A DNA stretch of 64,000 nucleotides, taken from contig CAVOFT010000001.1 of the NCBI GenBank assembly GCA_963695095.1, positions 3,232,001 through 3,296,000 on the forward strand, given 5' to 3'. Position numbers and translations under genes: made by a program. Under the pieces are notes generated by a model. It searched no databases and was not told the origin of the DNA. It saw only the letters and a list, made by a program, of their open reading frames with translations. Below, in pieces: positions 34,565 to 45,396 of this stretch (the stretch's first letter is position 1; each line of letters begins with the position of its first letter). Origin of the DNA: an uncultured bacterium. GTDB taxonomy: Bacteria > Krumholzibacteriota > Krumholzibacteriia > JACNKJ01.

Positions 34565-34649
34565 CCCGGCTCCCTGCACCCTCCCGGGCCAACCCTGGCC
34601 TGATCGCGCGGGTTGCGCCTGGAGCGCCGGTCCGCTAGGCTCCCTCCCC

Positions 34650-35897
34650 ATGCGACGCAAGGGTCCCTGGTACCGCCAGCTCCACTGGCAGATCTTCATC
34701 GCGATGGCCCTGGGTGCCGCGCTCGGCGCCCTCGGCGGCGAGGCCGTCGTGCCGCCCGTGGCCTGGCTGGGCACGCTCTTCATCCGCCTGCTCAAGATGA
34801 TCATCATCCCCTTGATCCTCTTCTCGATCGTATCGGGGGTGGCATCGGTAGGGGAGGGCGGGCGCCTGGGCCGGCTCTTCGGCAAGACCTTCGGCTACTA
34901 CATCCTCTCCAGCCTGCTCGCGATCCTGATCGGCCTCAGCCTGGTCAACCTGATCCGGCCGGGCGCGGGCGCGAACCTGGTCGATGCGGCCAAGAGCGAG
35001 CTGCCCGTGCTGGAGACGCCGAGCTCGGTGATGGACATCGTGAACCAGGTGGTGCCCGAGAACCTGGTCGCCGCCCTGGCCGGCGCCGACATGCTGGCGA
35101 TCATCTTCTTCTGCATCCTCTTCGGGGCGGCCATCGCCAGCTTGCCCGCCGGACCGCGCAGCGCGCTGACCGGCTTCTTCGATGCCGGCTTCGCGGCGAT
35201 GATGAAGCTGACGGGCTGGATCATCGCGCTGGCGCCGCTGGGCGTCTTCGGCCTCATCACGCGCATGGTCGGCACGACGGGCTTCGGCGCCTTCAAGGCC
35301 CTGGGCCTGTACATGCTCACCGTCGCCGGCGGCCTCACCCTGCACCTCTTCGTGATCCTGCCCCTGCTGCTGCTCCTGCTGGGCCGCATCGACCCGCGCC
35401 TGCACTTCCGCAACATGCTGGAGCCCCTGGCCGTGGCCTTCTCCACCTCGTCCTCGGGGGCCACGCTGCCGGTGACCCTGCGCACGGTGGAGGAGAAGGT
35501 CGGCGTGTCCAACCGCATCTCCTCCTTCGTGCTGCCCATGGGCGCCACGATCAACATGGACGGCACGGCCCTCTACGAGTGCGCGGGGGTGCTGTTCATC
35601 TCCCAGGCCCTGGGGCTGGACCTGAGCATCGGCCAGCAGGCGGTCGTCGTGCTCACCGCCTTGCTCGCCTCCATCGGCGCCGCGGCGGTGCCCTCCGCGG
35701 GCCTCGTGATGATCTTCCTCGTGCTGGAGGCGGTGGGCCTGCGCGGACCCGAGGTGGGCGTGATCGTGGGCGCCATGCTCGCCGTGGACCGGCCACTGGA
35801 CATGTACCGCACGGCCGTGAACGTCTACAGCGACAGCTGCGGCGCGGCGATCATCGCGCGCAGCGAGGGCGAGACCGGCGTGGACGCCGCCGCCTGA
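34650..35897 (+). CDS. Dicarboxylate/amino acid:cation symporter (DAACS, GltP/GltT-like)
   Basis: FIRLLKMIIIP, AFSTSSSGATLP, LPMGATINMDGT, DRPLDMYRTAVNV. Confidence 0.92.
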   Translation: MRRKGPWYRQLHWQIFIAMALGAALGALGGEAVVPPVAWLGTLFIRLLKMIIIPLILFSIVSGVASVGEGGRLGRLFGKTFGYYILSSLLAILIGLSLVNLIRPGAGANLVDAAKSELPVLETPSSVMDIVNQVVPENLVAALAGADMLAIIFFCILFGAAIASLPAGPRSALTGFFDAGFAAMMKLTGWIIALAPLGVFGLITRMVGTTGFGAFKALGLYMLTVAGGLTLHLFVILPLLLLLLGRIDPRLHFRNMLEPLAVAFSTSSSGATLPVTLRTVEEKVGVSNRISSFVLPMGATINMDGTALYECAGVLFISQALGLDLSIGQQAVVVLTALLASIGAAAVPSAGLVMIFLVLEAVGLRGPEVGVIVGAMLAVDRPLDMYRTAVNVYSDSCGAAIIARSEGETGVDAAA

Positions 35898-35924
35898 GGC
35901 AGGACGCTGCCGGGCCGGAGCATG

Positions 35925-37997
35925 CTAGCGAGTCCCGGTCGTGGCGATCGCGATGCCGTCCAGCAGCACCGCCGTGTCGTAGAGGCTGTCGCCGACATCC
36001 CCCACCGCGAGATGCAGGGTGACCGTCGTGCCGGCGAAGTCGGCGATCCCGATGGCCAGCTCCTGCCAGCCCGTGGCGTAGACCCCCGCATCGTCCTCGC
36101 TGGGCTGCTGGTCGAAGGCGATGCCGGCCGGCGTCACCTGATCGCAGAGATCGTCGATCCGGCGACGGAAGAGCGGATACCGGATCTGGGCATCATCGAC
36201 GAGGAAGATGTCGAAGCTGTCCTGGTTGACGCTGCCGCACCACTCCAGGAACTCCTCGGAAAAGAGGTTCCAGGCCAGGCGCAGGGTGTCGGCATCGGCG
36301 GGCAGGCAAAGCGTCTGGCTGAGCGAGCCGACGTCCGTCTGGCTGCCCAGCCCCGTCGAGATGATGGCCATGTAGCGGCCCTGGGGCAGGGCCTCGCCCA
36401 GCTGGGTGATCACCCGCGCGTCGCCCGCAGCGCTCCAGCCGGTGAGCTGGCCCGATTCGAAGTCGCCATTGCTCAGGCCGCTGCCGAAGTAGAGGGCGCG
36501 CTTGCCGAGCAGCCGGATCTGCGCCCCCGCATGCCCGGGATCGCTGGCCGGGCTGACGGCATCGAGGGCCGCGCCGGCCGTGCCCGCGTCGCCGAGCAGG
36601 GCCGTCCAGAAGTCGGTGAGGGCGCTGCTGGCGAAGGCCAGACCCACGGTATCGTCGAAGCCGATGAGCGTGCCCACCCCTGCCTCGGCAAGCACCGCGG
36701 GCAGCGTCTCGCCGCGCATGCTCGAGCACGCGGCCAGCACGACGAGGCTGTTCGGGAAATCCTGGCAGTGGCGCGCGAAGAAGGCTGGCAGCGCACCGAG
36801 GCGCTTCTCGCCGTCGACGCTCACCAGGGCGAGGCCCGGGGCGATGCCGTGCAGATCCCAGTACCAGTCCAGCATGCTCGCCAGCGTGGCGCGCTCGCCC
36901 GTGAGCAGGCAGACGCGATCCGCGTCCAGCAGGGTGCCATGCGTGGTCAGGCAAATGCCGCCGTTCGCCGCCATCCCGGCGAAGGCGGCCACATCGGCTT
37001 CCCCATCGCGCAGGGTGAGCACCGGAAAGTGCGGGCATTCGGCCAGGCCGAGCTGCGCGGCGATGGCAGTGCTGGGATCGCCGCCCTCGCTCTCGAGCCA
37101 GGTGTGGAAGGGGCTGAGCAGGAGCATCTGGTTGGAGTGGACGCGATCGGGATCGTCGGCGGCGCGGGCGCCCCTGCGCGGCGCCGGGCGCGCGAGCCGC
37201 CCCGGCGGCGGGACGATCCGCGGCGGGGCCGGGCGCGCGGCCACGGCCGCTGCGCGACGGCCGCCACCCAGCACGGGGCCGTCAGCCCAGCGCGGCAGAA
37301 AGATCCCGGCATGGAGACCGGTGACCAGGCGCGCCCAGAGGCTGTTGCCGTCGGGACTCACGAAGGCCTCGGCGACGCCGCTCTGCGCGCCGAGCCAGGC
37401 GGCCACCTCGGCCTTGGCGGTCGCATCGCTGCTGCCGCCGGCGACCAGGGCGGCCCAGTCGGCCTCGGCCTCGTCGAGCAGGGCGAAGAGCGCGTCCAGT
37501 TGCGCCTGTCCGATCGGCGCGGCCACGGGCAGGGGCAGGATGGCCGACCACAGCGAGGCCTCGCCACCCATGCTGCCGCTGGCCAGCGCCAGCAGGCGCA
37601 GGTAGAGGGTCTGCGCGCTGCCGATGCTCATGGCCGGCAGGCGCCCCCCGAAGCGGCCGTCGCCCGCGATGTCGTCGCCCGCGAGGAGGTTGCCGTCGTC
37701 GGCCAGGTTGCCGAGATGCTCGAGGCTGTCGCCGGCGGCGCTGACGCGGTAGACGCGCAGCTCATCCAGCGTCCACTCCTCGCGCACGGAGAGCGTGGCG
37801 CTCAGGCTGAGCACGGTGGCCTCGCCCACGAAGAGACCCTGAGGCGTGGCGACCGGACCCGCCAGGTAGCTGATCGGCTGGACCGGCGGCAGCACCAGCG
37901 CCGAGGGCGAGCGGCTCTCCTCGCAGCTCGTGGCCGCGAGGAGGAGCCAGGCAGCCAGGGCCGCCGGAGAGAATCGTCTGCGCGCCCGCAGGGGCAT
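35925..37997 (-). CDS. Multidomain lipoprotein: choice-of-anchor-X-like, clan-CD-like His/Cys domain, and C-terminal jelly-roll
   Basis: Lipobox LAATSC; LADDG..GDDIAGDGRFGG; ICLTTHG and LVVLAACSS; LSNGDFESGQLTGW...DVGDSLYDTAVLLD. Confidence 0.65.
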   Translation of the reverse strand: MPLRARRRFSPAALAAWLLLAATSCEESRSPSALVLPPVQPISYLAGPVATPQGLFVGEATVLSLSATLSVREEWTLDELRVYRVSAAGDSLEHLGNLADDGNLLAGDDIAGDGRFGGRLPAMSIGSAQTLYLRLLALASGSMGGEASLWSAILPLPVAAPIGQAQLDALFALLDEAEADWAALVAGGSSDATAKAEVAAWLGAQSGVAEAFVSPDGNSLWARLVTGLHAGIFLPRWADGPVLGGGRRAAAVAARPAPPRIVPPPGRLARPAPRRGARAADDPDRVHSNQMLLLSPFHTWLESEGGDPSTAIAAQLGLAECPHFPVLTLRDGEADVAAFAGMAANGGICLTTHGTLLDADRVCLLTGERATLASMLDWYWDLHGIAPGLALVSVDGEKRLGALPAFFARHCQDFPNSLVVLAACSSMRGETLPAVLAEAGVGTLIGFDDTVGLAFASSALTDFWTALLGDAGTAGAALDAVSPASDPGHAGAQIRLLGKRALYFGSGLSNGDFESGQLTGWSAAGDARVITQLGEALPQGRYMAIISTGLGSQTDVGSLSQTLCLPADADTLRLAWNLFSEEFLEWCGSVNQDSFDIFLVDDAQIRYPLFRRRIDDLCDQVTPAGIAFDQQPSEDDAGVYATGWQELAIGIADFAGTTVTLHLAVGDVGDSLYDTAVLLDGIAIATTGTR

Positions 37998-38164
37998 GCC
38001 GGCCTCCCGGGTTGGGCCGCCCGGATGGGCGGGAGCCGGGAGTCTAGCTGGATCGACGCGGCGAGGCAATTGCTTCGGTGGCGGCCCGCGCGGCATCCGG
38101 AATCCCTTGGCAGCGCTCTGCGCGGCGTGCTTGGCTCGGCTCATCCCCCACCCGGAGTGAGACC

Positions 38165-39334
<1,170 letters not shown>

Positions 39335-39402
39335 GCGCTGGCGCGGGCTCCGGATTTGGGTATCTTGGTAATCGTAAGATATTCCAGACAAGGAGCCCTG
39401 CG

Positions 39403-40854
39403 ATGCCCAACTTCCGCGCCACAGCAGCCCTCGCCACCCTCGCCGCGCTGGGGCTGGCCCCGGCCGCTCCGGCCTACGAGGCCGTCGAAACCGTCGGCGG
39501 TCTGAGCGATGCCATCTTCGCGACCGCGCCTCCCGGCGACACCGAGCGGCTGTTCATCGTGCAGCAGGCGGGGCAGATCCTCATCCTCGATCTGGCCAGC
39601 GACACCCTGCTGCCCACGCCCTTCCTCGACATCAGCGCGCTCGTCGTCGACGGCGGCGAACAGGGCCTGCTGGGCCTGGCCTTTCACCCGGACTATGCCC
39701 TGAACGGCCGCTTCTACGTCTATCACAGCAGCAACGGGACCGTCTGCGCCGGCAGCAACCGCTGCAGCCTGGTGGCGCGCTACGGTGTCGATGCCGGCAA
39801 CCCCGACCGGGCCGATCCGACGAGCCGCCTCGAGCTGCTCGAGGTGGCCCAGCCCTTCTCCAACCACAACGGCGGCATGCTGGCCTTCGGCCCCGACGGT
39901 TACCTCTACATCGGCCTGGGGGATGGCGGCTCCAGCGGCGATCCCAGCAGCAACGGCCAGAATCTGGACACCTTGCTCGGCAAGCTGCTGCGCCTGGACG
40001 TGGACGGCGGCAGCCCCTACGCGATTCCGGCCGACAATCCCTTCGTCGGCGCGGCCGGCCGGGACGAGATCTGGGCCTACGGCCTGCGCAATCCCTGGCG
40101 CTTCAGCTTCGATCGCACGAACGATGACCTCTGGATCGCCGACGTCGGCCAGGGAAACTGGGAGGAAGTGGACTGGCAGCCGGCGGCGAGCGCCGGCGGG
40201 GAGAACTACGGCTGGCGCTTCATGGAGGGCGCGCACTGCTACAACCCGTCCTCGAACTGCAACGACGGCAGCCTGGTGCTGCCCATCCACGAGTACAGCC
40301 ACGCCGGGGGCAATTGCTCGATCACCGGCGGCTACCGCTACCGGGGCAGCATCCCGCAACTGGCAGGGCTCTACCTCTTCGGCGACTTCTGCACCGGCCG
40401 GGTCTGGGCCTATGATCCGGACACGGACGTCGCCACGCAGATTCTCACCGGGCAGGCCCTGGGCAATGTCCTCTCCTTCGGGGAGGACGCGGCCGGCGAG
40501 GTCTACATCCTCACCGGCGATCGGCTCTGGCGACTGGAAACGGGCGACAGCACCGACGTCGATCTGCTGCCCGCCGGCCTGCGCCTCGCGCCGGCCAGCC
40601 CGAACCCCTTCAGCGAGCGGTCGCGCCTGGCGCTCAGCCTGGATGGCGCCCGCCAGCGCCTGGAGGTGGCCATCTTCGCCGTCGACGGCCGGCGCCTGCG
40701 CACCCTGCACCGGGGCCCGGCTGCGGGCGGTGAACTCACCCTCGCCTGGGACGGCCGGGACGATGCCGGTCGCGCCCTGGCCGCCGGCGTCTACCTGCTG
40801 CGCGCCGAGACCGAGCGCGAGCAGGCCGGCCAGCGGCTGACGCTGTTGCGCTAG
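39403..40854 (+). CDS. GSDH-family dehydrogenase with FlgD-Ig C-terminal domain
   Basis: Same GSDH motifs plus ASPNPF...WDGRDDAGRALAAGVYLLR...RLTLLR. Confidence 0.9.
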   Translation: MPNFRATAALATLAALGLAPAAPAYEAVETVGGLSDAIFATAPPGDTERLFIVQQAGQILILDLASDTLLPTPFLDISALVVDGGEQGLLGLAFHPDYALNGRFYVYHSSNGTVCAGSNRCSLVARYGVDAGNPDRADPTSRLELLEVAQPFSNHNGGMLAFGPDGYLYIGLGDGGSSGDPSSNGQNLDTLLGKLLRLDVDGGSPYAIPADNPFVGAAGRDEIWAYGLRNPWRFSFDRTNDDLWIADVGQGNWEEVDWQPAASAGGENYGWRFMEGAHCYNPSSNCNDGSLVLPIHEYSHAGGNCSITGGYRYRGSIPQLAGLYLFGDFCTGRVWAYDPDTDVATQILTGQALGNVLSFGEDAAGEVYILTGDRLWRLETGDSTDVDLLPAGLRLAPASPNPFSERSRLALSLDGARQRLEVAIFAVDGRRLRTLHRGPAAGGELTLAWDGRDDAGRALAAGVYLLRAETEREQAGQRLTLLR

Positions 40855-40878
40855 GCGCGACGGCGAGGCCGGGCCGAT

Positions 40879-41604
40879 TCAGGGCGAAGACACCTCTACC
40901 AGCTCGACACGAGCGCCGCTGCCGATGTCCACTTCCAGCACGAGCCCGATGCCCGGCGCGTAGTACTTGTGCTCGTTTGCATCGGGATCCAGCGGCGTGA
41001 ACTCCCGCGTCTGCAGGCAGTCCGCGAAGCTGCCATGGGGGACGGTCACGCTCTGTCCGGAGGCCACGACCACCGCGAGATCCTCCGCTTCGCAGGCGTA
41101 GTACTCCTGGCGATAGGGGATGCCGACCGGCGGCTGGACGGCATGCATGACGATGCCGGCCTTGGCGCCGTCGACGCCCGCCTCCCAGGAACCCGCCGTG
41201 CTCACCACCTGGCCGTTCTCGTACTCCTTCGTGTCCTCGCCGAGGTACCAGACATTGCCCGCCGTATCCTGCGCGTACCAGTCGTAGGTGTCCTCCAGGA
41301 GTTCTCCACTCACCGTCACGACATCGTGCACGACCATGGCGGTGACGCCGAGGATCTCCTTCGTGTCGGCGGTCACCGTGACCGTGATCGTCTCGTCCCC
41401 ACCCTCGAAGACGAACTGCGTGCCCGGCAGCAGCGGCCAGAGCGGGTTGTCGATGCCGGCGACGAAATCCGCCGGCACGATGGCGGGGTCATAGCTCTCG
41501 TCCACCACGCAGGGCTCTTCCTCGGGGCTGGTGGTCTTGTCGCTGCAGGCAGACGGGCTCAGCAGGGCGAGCGCCAGCAGGCCCAGGCCGATCGGTGTTC
41601 TCAT
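40879..41604 (-). CDS. Conserved hypothetical lipoprotein
   Basis: Lipobox SPSAC; IDNPLWPL, EDTYDWYAQD..GNVWYLGE, GSWEAGVDGA, KYYAPGIG. Confidence 0.8.
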   Translation of the reverse strand: MRTPIGLGLLALALLSPSACSDKTTSPEEEPCVVDESYDPAIVPADFVAGIDNPLWPLLPGTQFVFEGGDETITVTVTADTKEILGVTAMVVHDVVTVSGELLEDTYDWYAQDTAGNVWYLGEDTKEYENGQVVSTAGSWEAGVDGAKAGIVMHAVQPPVGIPYRQEYYACEAEDLAVVVASGQSVTVPHGSFADCLQTREFTPLDPDANEHKYYAPGIGLVLEVDIGSGARVELVEVSSP

Positions 41605-41699
41605 TGTGTCGCTTCCTCCTGGTTTCCAGTCCATTCGCGGCAGCCCGGTTCGAGGCCGTCACGAGCAGGGCGGCAGGGGAGCCGGTTTCAACTGCACTC

Positions 41700-41733
41700 A
41701 GTGTAGCGAGCGCGCATGAGAGCCCGATGAGAG
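41700..41733 (-). promoter_or_regulatory. OmpR-type direct-repeat operator and -10 box for the lipoprotein gene
   Basis: ATGAGAG at 41716 and 41727 (11-bp period); TACACT on the minus strand at 41705-41700. Confidence 0.55.
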
Positions 41734-41777
41734 GATGGGCGATGGCGCCCCCGCGGCCCCTGCGCTAGACTCGACCC

Positions 41778-42452
41778 ATGCGCATCCTGGTGGTCGAGGA
41801 CTTCACGCCCCTTCGCCGCTCGCTCACCAAGGGCCTGCGCGAGGCGGGCCATGCCGTGGACGCGGTCGCCGATGGCCCGGCCGCCCTCGACCACGCCGAG
41901 ACCGGCGCTTACGACGCCATCGTGCTGGATCTCATGCTGCCCGGCCTGGACGGCTTCGCCGTGCTCGAGCGGCTGCGCGCGGCGCGCCTGCCGGCGCGCG
42001 TGCTCATCCTCACGGCGCGCGATGCCCTCGCGGATCGCGTGCGCGGCCTGGATCTCGGCGCCGACGATTACCTGGTCAAGCCCTTCGCCTTCGCGGAGCT
42101 GACGGCCCGCCTGCGCGCCCTCCTGCGCCGGCGCTACGGGCGGACGGCGTCGCGCATCCAGGTGGGCGACCTCGAGATCGACACCGCGGCGCGGCGGGTG
42201 CGGCGGGCCGGTCGGCCCATCGACTTCACCGCCCGCGAGTATGCGCTGCTCGAGCTGCTGGCCTACCGCGCCGGCGAAGTGGTGACGCGCGGCGAGATCG
42301 CCGAGCGCCTCTACGACTTCGCCGCCGAGCCGGGCAGCAACGTGATCGACGTCTACATCGGCTATCTGCGCCGCAAGCTCGAAGCCGGCGGCGGCCGGCG
42401 CCTCCTCCATACCCGCCGCGGGCAGGGCTACCTGCTCGCAGGAGACGAATGA
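41778..42452 (+). CDS. OmpR-family response regulator
   Basis: RILVVED, LDLMLPGLDG, GADDYLVKPF, SNVIDVYIGYLRRKL, TRRGQGY. Confidence 0.95.
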   Translation: MRILVVEDFTPLRRSLTKGLREAGHAVDAVADGPAALDHAETGAYDAIVLDLMLPGLDGFAVLERLRAARLPARVLILTARDALADRVRGLDLGADDYLVKPFAFAELTARLRALLRRRYGRTASRIQVGDLEIDTAARRVRRAGRPIDFTAREYALLELLAYRAGEVVTRGEIAERLYDFAAEPGSNVIDVYIGYLRRKLEAGGGRRLLHTRRGQGYLLAGDE

Positions 42453-43900
42453 AGGCTCCCCTTTCGATGCACCGCGCCCTGCTCAGCGGCACCACGCTCG
42501 GCCTCCTGCTCGTGCTGGCCAGCGCCGGTTTCGTGCTGGAGCGCAGCGCGCGGCGGGCGCTCTACGGCCAGCTCGACCGCGAGCTGGCGAGCAAGGCACG
42601 GCTGCTGGCCTCCACCGTCGAGCAGGACGCCGATGGCATCGATCTCGGCTACGACGACCTGGACCTCAGCGAGTTCGAGGCCGAGATCGACCCGGCCCTG
42701 CTGCAGGTGAGCCTCACGAGTGGCAAGCTGCTCTACGCGTCGCCGAGCTGCGAGGGGCTCGTCATCGCGCCGCCCGCGGAGCTGCGCGCCGGCGAGCCCC
42801 GCTTCAGCAACCTGCGCGGGCCGCGAAGCCGGCGCCTGCGCGCGGCGCTGCTGAGCTTCCGCCCCCGCGTGGACCTCGACGAGCCCGGCGCGCCCGATCC
42901 GGCCTCGGTGGCGACGCTGGTGATCTTCCTCGCCCGCGGTACGCAGCCGATCGCAGCCCTGCTCGCCGAGCTGCGCCTCGCCCTGCTCTTGGTGGGGATC
43001 GGCGCCGTGGCCCTCGGCGTGCTGATCCAGGCCGCGGTGATCCGGCGTGCGCTCTCGCCCCTGAACCGCCTGGCCGGGGAGATCGCCGGCCTGGGCGAGC
43101 GGCGCCTCGCCGTGCGCGTCAAGACAGCGGGGGCGCCCGCGGAGCTGGCCCCCGTGATTGCGCGGCTCAATGCGCTGCTCGCCGAGCTCGAGACGGCCTT
43201 CACGCGCGAGAAGACCTTCAGCGCCGACATCGCCCATGAGCTGCGCACGCCGCTGGCCGGCCTGCGCACGACGATCGAGGTGGAGCTCTCGCAGGCGCGC
43301 CCCGCTGAGGACTACCGGCGCGCGCTCGAGGAATCGCTGGTCATGTCGCTGCGCCTGCAGCAGCTCGTCGAGTCCCTGCTGCAGCTAGCGCAGCTGGAGG
43401 CGGGGCGGGTGCGGGCCGAGGCGCGGCCCGTGGATCTGACCGAGCTCCTGAGTGAACTCTGGGCGCCCCTGGCCGCGCAGGCCGCGGAGCGCGGACTCGG
43501 GCGCGACTGGCAGCTGCCCGAGCGCGCGCCGGCGGCCACCGATCCCGAGCTGGCCGCCACCCTGCTGCGCAACCTGCTCGAGAACGCCGTCGTTCACGCC
43601 GACGCCGGTGGCCAGGTGGCCGTGGCGCTGGGCGCCGCCCCCGGGGGCGGCTGGCGCTGCACGATCGCCAACAGCGGCAGCGCCGTCAGCGACGCCGAGC
43701 TGCCTGGCTTGATGGAGCGCTTTGCCCGCGGCGATACCGCCCGCGAGGCCGAGGGCGGCCACTTCGGGCTGGGTCTGGCCCTGGCGGGGCGCATCGCCGG
43801 CCTGCTGGGCGTGGACTTCGCTCTGGCGAGCAGCCCGGGCGGGGAGTTCCGGGCCAGCCTCGAATTCCCCGCCCGCCTGAGCGATGTACAGCCCGCTTGA
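42449..43900 (+). CDS. Sensor histidine kinase (HAMP, HisKA, HATPase)
   Basis: Two TM helices, ADIAHELRTPL, NLLENA, RFARGD, GLGLA; ATGA overlap with the regulator. Confidence 0.92.
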   Translation: MKAPLSMHRALLSGTTLGLLLVLASAGFVLERSARRALYGQLDRELASKARLLASTVEQDADGIDLGYDDLDLSEFEAEIDPALLQVSLTSGKLLYASPSCEGLVIAPPAELRAGEPRFSNLRGPRSRRLRAALLSFRPRVDLDEPGAPDPASVATLVIFLARGTQPIAALLAELRLALLLVGIGAVALGVLIQAAVIRRALSPLNRLAGEIAGLGERRLAVRVKTAGAPAELAPVIARLNALLAELETAFTREKTFSADIAHELRTPLAGLRTTIEVELSQARPAEDYRRALEESLVMSLRLQQLVESLLQLAQLEAGRVRAEARPVDLTELLSELWAPLAAQAAERGLGRDWQLPERAPAATDPELAATLLRNLLENAVVHADAGGQVAVALGAAPGGGWRCTIANSGSAVSDAELPGLMERFARGDTAREAEGGHFGLGLALAGRIAGLLGVDFALASSPGGEFRASLEFPARLSDVQPA

Positions 43901-43925
43901 CAATATGTAAAGCTAGCTGTACACT
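43897..43925 (+). promoter_or_regulatory. Near-consensus promoter with overlapping palindromic operator
   Basis: TTGACA-N17-TACACT; TGTAAAGCTAGCTGTACA palindrome at 43906-43923; ATG 6 nt after the -10. Confidence 0.75.
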
Positions 43926-43931
43926 ACGGGC

Positions 43932-44168
43932 ATGGCTCCCAAGACCGGCATCAAGGTCCACCTGAAGCAGCACCGGCTGGCGACCGCGGGCATGACCCAG
44001 CAGGAGCTGGCCGAGCGCGTGGGTGTGAGCCGGCAGACCATTCTCTCCATCGAGCGGGGCCGCTACCGGCCCTCCATCGAACTCGCCCTGGCCCTGGCGC
44101 GGGTTTTCGGCGTGCCAGTGGAGACCCTCTTTGCACTCGACGACGGGACGGTGCCCGATGAACGCTGA
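43932..44168 (+). CDS. XRE-family HTH transcriptional regulator
   Basis: MTQQELAERVGVSRQTILSIERGRYRPSIELAL...VETLF. Confidence 0.92.
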   Translation: MAPKTGIKVHLKQHRLATAGMTQQELAERVGVSRQTILSIERGRYRPSIELALALARVFGVPVETLFALDDGTVPDER

Positions 44169-44421
44169 ACCGCGCCTGCGCTGGGGCCTGCCCCGCGCCG
44201 CCTGGATCGCCTTCGGCCTCATGCTGCTCGGCTTCCTGGTGGCGGTGCTCATCGCGCGCCGCTATCCTCTGGTCGGCGGGCTCTTTCTCCTGCTGCTCGC
44301 CGCGCTGACCCTGGCCGCTCTGCGCAGCGGCCCGGAGGAGACGCGCCTCAGCTTCGGGGCGCTGCTCGTCACGCCGCCCTTGATCGCGGGGGCGGCGCTG
44401 ATCCGCGAGGGAGAGCACTGA
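44158..44421 (+). CDS. Small membrane protein (about 3 TM)
   Basis: Hydrophobic segments; overlaps the XRE stop and the next start. Confidence 0.65.
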   Translation: MNAEPRLRWGLPRAAWIAFGLMLLGFLVAVLIARRYPLVGGLFLLLLAALTLAALRSGPEETRLSFGALLVTPPLIAGAALIREGEH

Positions 44422-44939
44422 TGACGGCCCCCCTGCTGTTCTGCTTGGCGCTCGCCACCGCGGCGCCCGCGCGCGCGGACGTCGCTCCGCGCTACGACTT
44501 CGACAACCAGACGCGCATCGTCGTGGGCCTGACCCTGAGCGGGCACCTCCTGATCAGCGCCGGGGTCGAGCATCTGGCCAGCAAGGCCTGGTCCCTGCGC
44601 GGCGAGTTGCTCTGGGCGATCGCCGATGTCCCCACCTTCGGCGTCCAGGGCGACCTGACCCGGCGCTGGCCCGTCGACGGCGAGTCGGCGAGCCGCCCCA
44701 GCGCCAGGGGCCGCTGGGGCCAGCTCAGCGTCGGGCACCTGCAGCTCTTCGCCCGCGAGGAGCCCGGGCGCTGGCGCCGGCTTCGACTCTGGCACCTTTC
44801 GCCCGGCCTGCGCTGGGGTCTGGACGATGCCGGCACCCTCGACCTCGAGCTGCCGATCGCCTGGTTTCACGAGCGGCGGCGCATCCAGCCCATCGGCCTG
44901 CAAGCGCGCTGGCAGGACGTGGATCCTCTGATCGACTAG
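44421..44939 (+). CDS. Secreted hypothetical protein (possible small beta-barrel)
   Basis: Signal peptide, amphipathic strands; TGATG coupling. Confidence 0.6.
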   Translation: MTAPLLFCLALATAAPARADVAPRYDFDNQTRIVVGLTLSGHLLISAGVEHLASKAWSLRGELLWAIADVPTFGVQGDLTRRWPVDGESASRPSARGRWGQLSVGHLQLFAREEPGRWRRLRLWHLSPGLRWGLDDAGTLDLELPIAWFHERRRIQPIGLQARWQDVDPLID

Positions 44940-44989
44940 GCGCGCAGTGTCCCGAGCGCTCGCGCAGCCACAGCCGAAAGGAACCGGCC

Positions 44990-45370
44990 ATGCCTCTCGT
45001 CCGCTTCGACAAGCTGATTCTCTACGTCTCGGACATGGCGCGCATGGTCGCCTTCTACCGCGATGCGCTCGGCCTTGAACTCACGCATCCCACGGGTCTC
45101 GACAATGAGGTGCTGGCCCGCGAGGTCTGGGTGACTCTCGACCTCGGCCGCGGCTGCACGCTCGCCCTGCATGCGGGCGGCCAGGGGCGCCAGGGCGAGG
45201 ATGCGCCCACGCTGGTCTTCCAGGTGACGGACATCGCCACCGCCGGCGCGGCCCTCAGCGCGGCCGGAGCGCGCCTGGCTCCGCCCTTCGCGGCGGCGCC
45301 GGGGCTGCTGGTCGCCAAGGGCCGCGATCCGGAGGGCAACGCCTTCTCCCTGGAGGCCGCCGCGAGCTAG
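44990..45370 (+). CDS. VOC/glyoxalase family protein
   Basis: LYVSDMARMVAFYRDALGL, LVFQVTDI, RDPEGNAFSL. Confidence 0.88.
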   Translation: MPLVRFDKLILYVSDMARMVAFYRDALGLELTHPTGLDNEVLAREVWVTLDLGRGCTLALHAGGQGRQGEDAPTLVFQVTDIATAGAALSAAGARLAPPFAAAPGLLVAKGRDPEGNAFSLEAAAS

Positions 45371-45396
45371 CCCGTGCGGCGCGCGTGCCGGCCCCG

